This document shows, piece by piece, positions 38,647-46,111 of a DNA stretch of 64,000 bases (positions within the stretch are counted from its first letter, which is position 1; each line of letters starts with the position of its first letter). The translations under genes were made by a program, and so were the position numbers. The DNA is from Candidatus Multivoradales bacterium. Its GTDB lineage: Bacteria > Acidobacteriota > Thermoanaerobaculia > Multivoradales > JAHEKO01. The notes beneath the pieces were generated by a model, which saw only the letters and a program-made list of their open reading frames with translations, made no database searches and was not told the DNA's origin. Location of the stretch: contig OZ245024.1 of NCBI GenBank assembly GCA_965223875.1, positions 2,483,211-2,547,210 of the forward strand. Direction: 5' to 3'.

Positions 38647-39632
38647 GACCAGCCCACAAACGCGCCGGTCGCGAGCTCGAGCCCGCCGATCGCGCGGTCC
38701 TTCTGATGGGGCTGGCTCGAGCCCTGAGCAAGGCCGGCCTGGGGCCGGAAGCTCTCGACCTGGCGCCCAACTGCGCGCACTCGCGCTCGGGAAGCTATCC
38801 GAGCTGCACGGCGATCTGCCGGCTGACCCACGGAGGGACCCGGCGCCTGTTCTGCAAGTGCTCGAAGGACTTCGACGCGCCCAGCCATCGACACCGTTCC
38901 GGGGTCGCCTACGAGGCGAGGGTCTACGAACAGCTGGTGAGCCGCTTCGACGGCGCCTCGCCGGAGTACGTGGGTGCGTACGAGGACCACTCCCGCGGCC
39001 TGGCGTTCCTCTTCCTGGAGGAGCTCGAGGGCGTCCTGCGGGTCTCCAAGACAGCGGCCGGAAACATGTCCCGCGCAGCGGCCTGGATCGGCAGGTTCCA
39101 TCGCCGGCACGACCTGGCGCAGGGCGCCGTGCCGGTCTTCCTGACCGTCTACGACCGCGACTACTACACGCAGTGGCCGCGTCGCGCCCTGCGACTGACG
39201 CGCAAGCTCCACGGGCGCTACCCCTGGCTGGGAACCGTCTGCGACGCGTTCGAGAGCGAGATGGTGCCCCTGCTGCTCGCCGCCGCCCAGACGGTCATCC
39301 ATGGGGAGTACTACCCGAAGAACATCCTCGCCAGACGCAGCACGGTCTTCCCCGTCGACTGGGAGTCGACCGCGGTGGGACCGGGCGAGCTCGATCTGGT
39401 CTCGCTGACCGAAGGGTGGCCGGACGAGGACAAGAGAGCCTGCGCGCGCTCCTACCGTGATGCCCGCTGGCCCGACGGCGCACCGGCGAGCCATGCGCCG
39501 GCCTGTCGGGCGGCAGGGATGTACTGGCTGCTCCGCTGGCTCGGCAACGGCAGCTACTTCGCGACCGGAAAGCACGGCGTCCGGCGGCTCAACGAGCTGG
39601 GCGCCCTGGCCGGTCGTCTGGGCTGGATCTGA
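38643..39632 (+). CDS. APH-like phosphotransferase paralog with HGE in place of HGD
   Basis: ATGA overlap with the upstream gene. Motifs VIHGEYYPKNIL and VFPVDWE parallel the first kinase. Confidence 0.55.
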   Translation: MRPAHKRAGRELEPADRAVLLMGLARALSKAGLGPEALDLAPNCAHSRSGSYPSCTAICRLTHGGTRRLFCKCSKDFDAPSHRHRSGVAYEARVYEQLVSRFDGASPEYVGAYEDHSRGLAFLFLEELEGVLRVSKTAAGNMSRAAAWIGRFHRRHDLAQGAVPVFLTVYDRDYYTQWPRRALRLTRKLHGRYPWLGTVCDAFESEMVPLLLAAAQTVIHGEYYPKNILARRSTVFPVDWESTAVGPGELDLVSLTEGWPDEDKRACARSYRDARWPDGAPASHAPACRAAGMYWLLRWLGNGSYFATGKHGVRRLNELGALAGRLGWI

Positions 39633-39647
39633 CCCGGGAGTCCTGAC

Positions 39648-40577
39648 ATGAGACCACTCGAAGATCATCAGAAGGTTCTCGGTATCGGTTTGAGCAAGAC
39701 CGGGACGACGAGTCTGACCACGGCGCTCCAGACGCTCGGGATCGCGACGATCCACAACCCCCACGACGGGCGAACCCAGCGTGAGCTCCAGAGCGGCCAC
39801 CCGCGGCTGAGCGTGCTCGAGGAGTACCAGGCCGTGACCGACATCCCCGTCGCCCCCTACTACCCCCAGCTCGACACGATCTACCCGGGAAGCAAGTTCA
39901 TCCTGACCGTGCGCGACGTCGACTCCTGGATCGTGTCGGCCCGCAACCACTGGCGCCTCATCCCCTCCTGGGAGGCGGACCCCTTCTACGGCTTTCTCCA
40001 TGCCGCCGTGTACGGCTGCCTCGACTTCGACGAGGAGCGTTTCCGATGGGCCTACGAAAGCCATCGTCGCGCGGTGACGCGCTACTTCGCCGGTCGCGAA
40101 GAGGACCTGCTGGTGATGGACATCGTCGGCGGTGACGGCTGGGAGGTGCTCTGCCCGTTCCTCGGTCGCGAGGTCCCGGATACAGCTTTCCCGCACAAGA
40201 ACACCCGCGCCGAGACGGCCGAGTGGGGAGGCCGCCTGCGGCGCACGGTCGAGGAGCTCGAGAGCGCCATCCCGAGAGAGACGCCGTTCATCCTGGTCGA
40301 TGAGCAGGAGTTCGGACGCCTTCTGGTGGACGGCAGGAGGCCGATCCCGTTTCTCGAGAACGGGGGCGAGTACTGGGGGCGCCCGGCGGACGGAGCGAAC
40401 GGCATCGCCGAGCTCGAGCGACTGCGCGACTGCGGCGCCGGGTTCATCGCCTTCGCCTGGCCCGCCTTCTGGTGGCTCGAGTACTACGGCGATCTGCAGG
40501 AGCACCTCGACACGAGGTATCCCTGCGTGATTCGCAACGAACGGTTGGTGGTCTTCGACCTGGTCGCCGAGAACTGA
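39648..40577 (+). CDS. Sulfotransferase-family protein (P-loop/5'-PSB-like KTGTTS motif) + shared C-terminal domain
   Basis: N-terminus VLGIGLSKTGTTSLTTAL (PAPS 5'-phosphosulfate-binding-like loop) within an about 190-aa domain. C-terminal PFILVDEQEFG...YWGRPADG...LERLRDCGAGFIAFAWPAFWWLEYY...LVVFDL is homologous to the GT2 C-terminus. Confidence 0.6.
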   Translation: MRPLEDHQKVLGIGLSKTGTTSLTTALQTLGIATIHNPHDGRTQRELQSGHPRLSVLEEYQAVTDIPVAPYYPQLDTIYPGSKFILTVRDVDSWIVSARNHWRLIPSWEADPFYGFLHAAVYGCLDFDEERFRWAYESHRRAVTRYFAGREEDLLVMDIVGGDGWEVLCPFLGREVPDTAFPHKNTRAETAEWGGRLRRTVEELESAIPRETPFILVDEQEFGRLLVDGRRPIPFLENGGEYWGRPADGANGIAELERLRDCGAGFIAFAWPAFWWLEYYGDLQEHLDTRYPCVIRNERLVVFDLVAEN

Positions 40578-40579
40578 CC

Positions 40580-42406
40580 GTGGACGCCGCCCGACAGCGG
40601 ACGCTCCCCCGTCTGCTCCCCTACGCGGCGCGCCAGAGAGGCGCGCTCATCGTCGTCGTCCTGCTCACCGCGGCGAGCGCCGCCGCGGTCGCGCTGCGAC
40701 CGTGGCCGATGAAGCTCCTGGTCGACTGGGGACTCGGCGACGTGGAGATCCCTTCACGGCTCGAGCGTCTGTTGACCGACTGGGGGCTCTCCTCGAGCCC
40801 CTTCGCGCTCGTCGTCATGGCCGGAGTCGCCAGCCTCGGAGTCCACCTTGTCCACAGCCTCCTGGGTGCCGGCCTCACCATGTCCTGGGCGCGGGCCGGC
40901 CAGCGCATGGTCAACGACCTCTCGGTCGACCTGTTCGCCAGCCTCCAGCGTCGCTCCCTCGGATTCCACTCCCGCCAACCCGTCGGCGATTCCCTGGCGC
41001 GGATCACCGACGATGCCTGGTGTGTCTACACGGTCACGAACGGGCTCCTCATCGCTCCCCTTCAGAAGACCCTGACCGTCGTCGCGATGGGAGTCGCCGC
41101 CTACCTTCTCGACCCGACCCTGGCTCTCCTGGCGCTGCTCATGGCACCCCTGCTGGCTCTCTCGGCCCTCTGGTTCGGCGGCCGACTGAAGCGTCGCGCC
41201 CGCCTCGACCGCGAAGCGCGCTCGCGCCTGTTGAGCTTCGTCCACCAGACGCTCGAGGCCCTGCCACTGGTGAAGGCCTACGCGAGCGAGGACAGGAATC
41301 GCCGCCACTTCGACTCCCTGGCCGACCACTCCGTCCAGGCCACTCAGCTGGGCAGCCTGGTCAACAGCGGCTTCGGCATGGTCAACAGCCTGGTGACGAC
41401 GCTGGGGACGGCGGTGGTCCTGATCGTCGGCGGACACCGAGTGCTCTCCGGCGGAATCACTCTCGGAACACTGCTCGTCTTCATCACATACGTCCGCACC
41501 ATCCAGGCCGCATCGAAGGACCTCTTCTCGACGTTCGCAAAGCTCAAGGCGGCGGAGGCCGCCGCCGAGCGGGTCTTCGACCTCCTGGACGATGGTGACG
41601 CGCTTCACAAAGTCGAGTTGAGCGCCCTACCGAAACCACGTAGGCGCAGTGACAGCCAGGGAGTCTGCGTCCGCCTGGAGGACGTGAGCTTCGGCTACGA
41701 ACCGAGCCATCCGGTCCTTCGAGGCGTCACCCTCGAGGCCCATGCGGGCCAGACCGTGGCCCTGGTCGGGCCGAGTGGGGCCGGCAAGAGCAGCCTGCTC
41801 TGCCTCTTGATGCGCTTCTACGATCCCTGGCAGGGACGAATGCTGATCGACGGGGTCGATGTGAGCGCGGTGCCGCTCCCGGACCTTCGCGAGGGAATCT
41901 CCGTCGCCCTTCAGAGCGACTACCTCCTACCCGTCTCGGTACGCGACAACATCGCCTACGGGCGCCCCGAGGCGGACTTCGAAGAGATCCGTCGGGCGGC
42001 GCGGCTCGCCTGCGCCGACGGCTTCATCTCCAGACTGCCCGACGGATACGACACCCGACTCGCCGAATGGGGCGCGACGCTGTCCGGCGGCGAGCGCCAG
42101 CGGATCGCCATCGCCAGAGCGCTCCTGCGGCAGGCCCCGCTGCTGATCCTCGACGAGCCGACCTCGGCACTCGACGCAGCAACCGAGGAGCGCGTGCTGA
42201 CCAATCTCTCGGGTCTCGAGGGATGCACCACGCTCGTCGTGGCCCACCGCCTGTCGACGATCCGCCGGGCCGATCTCATCGCGTTCCTCGACCAGGGGCG
42301 GGTGATCGAGGTCGGCACGCACGAGGAGCTCACACGGCTCGGCGGGCAATATCACCGCATGTGCACGGCGCAGCGCTTCGCCGCGGCCAGGGAGGACGTC
42401 GCATGA
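40580..42406 (+). CDS. ABC exporter, fused TMD-NBD half-transporter (MsbA-like type I exporter)
   Basis: GTG start 3 bp after the sulfotransferase stop. Six TM helices, then an NBD with GPSGAGKSS, LSGGERQR and ILDEPTSALD. Confidence 0.85.
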   Translation: MDAARQRTLPRLLPYAARQRGALIVVVLLTAASAAAVALRPWPMKLLVDWGLGDVEIPSRLERLLTDWGLSSSPFALVVMAGVASLGVHLVHSLLGAGLTMSWARAGQRMVNDLSVDLFASLQRRSLGFHSRQPVGDSLARITDDAWCVYTVTNGLLIAPLQKTLTVVAMGVAAYLLDPTLALLALLMAPLLALSALWFGGRLKRRARLDREARSRLLSFVHQTLEALPLVKAYASEDRNRRHFDSLADHSVQATQLGSLVNSGFGMVNSLVTTLGTAVVLIVGGHRVLSGGITLGTLLVFITYVRTIQAASKDLFSTFAKLKAAEAAAERVFDLLDDGDALHKVELSALPKPRRRSDSQGVCVRLEDVSFGYEPSHPVLRGVTLEAHAGQTVALVGPSGAGKSSLLCLLMRFYDPWQGRMLIDGVDVSAVPLPDLREGISVALQSDYLLPVSVRDNIAYGRPEADFEEIRRAARLACADGFISRLPDGYDTRLAEWGATLSGGERQRIAIARALLRQAPLLILDEPTSALDAATEERVLTNLSGLEGCTTLVVAHRLSTIRRADLIAFLDQGRVIEVGTHEELTRLGGQYHRMCTAQRFAAAREDVA

Positions 42407-44211
42407 GGACCTGGTGGGTTCGGCTCCTCGGGTACGCCGCCAGGTACTGGGTCGCGATCCTCGGCATTCTGGCACTGCTCCTCACGGGCGCCGGGCTCGG
42501 CCTGCTGACTCCGTGGCCCCTCAAACTGATCGTCGACCATGTCCTGACCGGCGTCGACCTACCCGCCGGGCTTCGCTGGATCGAAGCTCTGCCAGGGGCC
42601 GCCACCCGGCAGGGACAGCTCGTCTGGCTCGCCGCCGCGACGGTCCTGCTGTTCATCGCCGGCCGCGTCGTCGTGATCCTCGAGCGCTACCTGCGCACGG
42701 GCGTGGGCAGCCGGATGGTCTACGCCCTGGCCGGCGATCTGTTCGAGGCCCTGCAGCGCCAATCGCTCCGTTTCCACCACCAGCGCAGCAGAGGTGACCT
42801 GGTTCGCCGCGTCACGGCCGACGCCGCCTGTGCCCGGGAGCTCGTCCTCGACGTCATGGTGCCGCTCGTCGTCTCCGTGGCGACCCTCGTAACGATGTTC
42901 CTCGTCATGTGGCGATTGAGCCGCCCCCTCGCTCTGGTGGCCCTGATGGTGGCGATCCCTCTCGGTCTCGTGGTGCGCCTGTTCGCCTCGCCGATGGCGG
43001 AGCGCAAGCTGCGCAAGAAGGACCTTCAGGGACGGGCGATGGCCGTTGCCGAGCAGACTCTCACCGCCATCCCCCTGGTGCAGGCGTTCGGTCGCGAGGG
43101 TCGGGAGGACGAGAGGTTCCGCCACATCAATGAGCGCATGATCGAGGCCAGCCTTCGCGCCACAGGCATCAAGCTGCAGTTCAAGGTCGTCTGCGGACTC
43201 GTTACCGCCGTGGCCGCGGCGGCGGTCATGGTTCTCGGAGGGACACAGGTCCTGGAGGGCTCCCTGTCCGTCGGAGCGTTACTCGTCCTGCTGCACTACT
43301 TCGCTGCTCTGTACGGCCCGATGGAGAGCCTGGCCTATCTTTCCGACAGCGTCGCCTCGGCATCGGCGGGCGCCACCCGCGTCTTCTCCGTGCTCGACAG
43401 CGAAGAGGAGACGTTGCCCGAGCGGCGGGGCGCGCAAGCCCTCGATCCGGCACGACGCGCGCCCGGGCTCGCCGTCGACTTCGAAGCCGTCACCTTCGGG
43501 TACGACGCGGCAAAGCCGGTACTGCACAGCGTCACGACTCGCATTCAGCCGGGAGAGACGGTCGCCGTCATCGGACCAACCGGCGCAGGGAAGAGCACCC
43601 TCCTCTCGCTCGTTCCCCGCTTCTACGACCCCGACCAGGGACGGATCCGCGTCGGGGGCGAAGATCTTCGGGAGGTGTCTCTGCGCAGCCTCCGATCACG
43701 GGTGACGCTGGTTCTCCAGCAACCGTTCCTCCTGCCGCTGAGCATGGCGGAGAACATCGCCTATGGGCGACCGGGTGCGACGCGACGGGAGATCCGGCGA
43801 GCGGCCCGGCAGGCACGGGCCGATGAGTTCATCGAGCGTCTTCCCGAGGGATACGAGACCATGGTCGGCGAACGCGGCGAGACTCTCTCGGGCGGCGAGC
43901 GGCAGCGCCTGGCGATCGCGCGGGCCATACTGCGGGACACTCCGATCCTTCTTCTGGACGAGCCCACGGCCTCGCTCGACGCCTTCACCGAGAGCGCGTT
44001 GCTCGAGATCCTCGAAGAGCTGATGGCCGATCGCACCTGCATCGTCGTCGCCCATCGCCTCTCGACCGTGCGCTATGCCGACCGCATCCTCGTCCTCGAC
44101 GAAGGTCGTATCCTCGAGGAGGGCACCCCGGCCGAGCTCGAGCGCTCCGGCGGGCTGTACGACCGGGCGCACCGCCTACAGACAACCCGAGGCGGGACAG
44201 GCGGGCGCTGA
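42403..44211 (+). CDS. ABC exporter, fused TMD-NBD half-transporter (second subunit of a putative heterodimer)
   Basis: ATGA overlap with the previous exporter gene. Six TM helices, then an NBD with GPTGAGKST, LSGGERQR and LLDEPTASLD. Confidence 0.85.
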   Translation: MRTWWVRLLGYAARYWVAILGILALLLTGAGLGLLTPWPLKLIVDHVLTGVDLPAGLRWIEALPGAATRQGQLVWLAAATVLLFIAGRVVVILERYLRTGVGSRMVYALAGDLFEALQRQSLRFHHQRSRGDLVRRVTADAACARELVLDVMVPLVVSVATLVTMFLVMWRLSRPLALVALMVAIPLGLVVRLFASPMAERKLRKKDLQGRAMAVAEQTLTAIPLVQAFGREGREDERFRHINERMIEASLRATGIKLQFKVVCGLVTAVAAAAVMVLGGTQVLEGSLSVGALLVLLHYFAALYGPMESLAYLSDSVASASAGATRVFSVLDSEEETLPERRGAQALDPARRAPGLAVDFEAVTFGYDAAKPVLHSVTTRIQPGETVAVIGPTGAGKSTLLSLVPRFYDPDQGRIRVGGEDLREVSLRSLRSRVTLVLQQPFLLPLSMAENIAYGRPGATRREIRRAARQARADEFIERLPEGYETMVGERGETLSGGERQRLAIARAILRDTPILLLDEPTASLDAFTESALLEILEELMADRTCIVVAHRLSTVRYADRILVLDEGRILEEGTPAELERSGGLYDRAHRLQTTRGGTGGR

Positions 44212-44232
44212 TCCTCCGGCTGACCTCGGCCG

Positions 44233-44398
44233 CTAGTGGCCTGTAACACCCGAACGGATGCTGTATGAGCGAGTCATCGAAGCCGAGGTCAAGGCGCGCT
44301 GACACAAGCATGGCGGGACCATGCTGAGGAAGCGCAACGACGAGATCGGCTGCGAGGGCCGCACAGACAGTATCCGTGTGGGTGTTGCAGGCCACTAG
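44233..44398. repeat. IR-bounded 166-bp element (19-bp terminal inverted repeats, 1 mismatch) between convergent genes
   Basis: ctagtggcctgtaacaccc (44233-44251) pairs with gggtgttgcaggccactag (44380-44398). CTAG lies at both extremities. Confidence 0.6.
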
Positions 44399-46111
44399 TC
44401 AGCGGCCGCGGGAGAGGAATCGACCGGGCCTGGCGCCGGTCATCGCCCCATCGAGCAGAACCGGCTCGCCGTTGACCAGCAGGTGGACGATTCCCGCAGG
44501 GTAGTGATGCGGGTCGGTGTACCGGGAGCGGTCCTCGACCGTCTCCGGATCGAAGACCACGATGTCGGCCAGCTTTCCGGGCAACAGAACACCGCGATCC
44601 GCCTGCCCCATCCACTCGCTGGGCAGGCCGGTCATGCGGTGGACCGCGTCCTCCATCGTCAGCACACCCTCCTCACGGACGTAGTGACCGAGGACGCGCG
44701 GGAACGATCCGTAGCTGCGCGGGTGCGGATGTCCCTCGCCGGGCACCACCAGATCGCCGTCGGTCTCGAACATGGCACCGGGGTGTCGCATGATCCGGCG
44801 CACGTCGTCCTCCGACATGCCGTAGAAGATGCCGATGAAGCCCCCCTGGATCTGCAGCTCGATGAGCGCCTCGACGGTGCGCTCCGCGGTCGGCGTCCCC
44901 TCTGCGCTCTCCGGCGACTCCCGGGCAGCCAGATAGCCGGCCAGGGTCCGGCCCTCCCACTCCGGTGCCGCCGGTAGCTCCCGGAACCGAACGCTCTCCG
45001 GCACGCCGCCGGTCTGCTGCGGGAAGATCTCGAGCATCTCGCGGACGATCCGCTCTCGGGTCGCGGGGTCGGCGGCACGCCTCGCGAAGGCCTCCGTCCC
45101 TTCGGCCAGGGCCCAGGCGGGAAAGAGGAGGTCCGAGTAGGTGCTGAAGGCGGTGTACGGGTAGACGTCGAAGGCGACCTCGAGGCCCGAAGCCCTCGCC
45201 GCGTCGATCGCCTCGAGCAGGCTCTCCGAGCGGCCCCACTGCGCCGCGCCGGTCACCTTCAGATGGTTGATCTGGACGGGCAGGCCGGCACGCCGACCGA
45301 TCTGGAGCGCTTCGTCGACCGCGTCCACAACGCGCGGGCCCTCGTCACGCAGATGGGTGACGTAGATCCCACCGAAGTGGGCCGCCACTTCGGCCAGGGC
45401 GACGATCTCGTCGACCTCGGCGTAGATCGCGGGAACGTACTCGAGGCCGGTCGAGAGCCCCAACGCGCCCCGCCGCATCGCTTGCGCGACGAGCTCGCGC
45501 ATGCGGTCCAGCTCCTCGTCCGTCGGAGAGCGGTCCTCCAGACCCATCACTCGCTTGCGGATCCAGGTATGGCCGGCGAACAGACCGACATTGGGCGCCA
45601 TCTCGACACGATCCCTGTACTCGTCGATCGGATACGGCTGATCCTGGCTGTGAAGCGGCGCCAGGATCGTCGTGATCCCCTGGCGAACGAAGTTCTCTGC
45701 CAGGGGCTTCGATTCGAGATCGACAATGTGGGCATGGCTGTCCCAGAATCCCGGCGCCACCGCCAGGCCGGTGACGTCGATGACACGGACCGCACTGTCG
45801 CGATCGAGCTCGGGAGCGACGGCGACGATGCGATCGCCGCGCACGCCCACGTCCGCCGTCGTTCCCGGCGCTCCGGTGCCGTCGATCACCGTTCCGCCGA
45901 CGAGCAGGAGGTCGAAGCCCCCGTTGAGGCTCCCGTTGAGGCTCCCGTTGAAGCCCTCGCTGAGACCTCCTTTTTCGGGGCCACCTTGACAGCCGACCAG
46001 GCCTGCAAAGACCAGCAGCGCCGCCGCCGGACGGCCGAGTCGTCTCACCGTGTCGACGCCTCCGGGCGCCCAAGCCACCAGGGGGACTCGAAAGGCACGG
46101 CCTCCGGCCAC
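44399..46111 (-). CDS. N-acyl-D-amino-acid deacylase (D-aminoacylase)-like amidohydrolase, lipoprotein
   Basis: Lipobox LVFAGLVGCQGG. The amidohydrolase HxH-region GFWDSHAHI and the overall layout (TIM barrel plus small beta domains) match D-aminoacylases. The N-terminal NGSL x3 linker is encoded by a 12-bp tandem repeat at about 45925-45963. The start may lie downstream, because the ORF overlaps the next gene by 67 bp. Confidence 0.75.
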   Translation of the reverse strand: MAGGRAFRVPLVAWAPGGVDTVRRLGRPAAALLVFAGLVGCQGGPEKGGLSEGFNGSLNGSLNGGFDLLLVGGTVIDGTGAPGTTADVGVRGDRIVAVAPELDRDSAVRVIDVTGLAVAPGFWDSHAHIVDLESKPLAENFVRQGITTILAPLHSQDQPYPIDEYRDRVEMAPNVGLFAGHTWIRKRVMGLEDRSPTDEELDRMRELVAQAMRRGALGLSTGLEYVPAIYAEVDEIVALAEVAAHFGGIYVTHLRDEGPRVVDAVDEALQIGRRAGLPVQINHLKVTGAAQWGRSESLLEAIDAARASGLEVAFDVYPYTAFSTYSDLLFPAWALAEGTEAFARRAADPATRERIVREMLEIFPQQTGGVPESVRFRELPAAPEWEGRTLAGYLAARESPESAEGTPTAERTVEALIELQIQGGFIGIFYGMSEDDVRRIMRHPGAMFETDGDLVVPGEGHPHPRSYGSFPRVLGHYVREEGVLTMEDAVHRMTGLPSEWMGQADRGVLLPGKLADIVVFDPETVEDRSRYTDPHHYPAGIVHLLVNGEPVLLDGAMTGARPGRFLSRGR

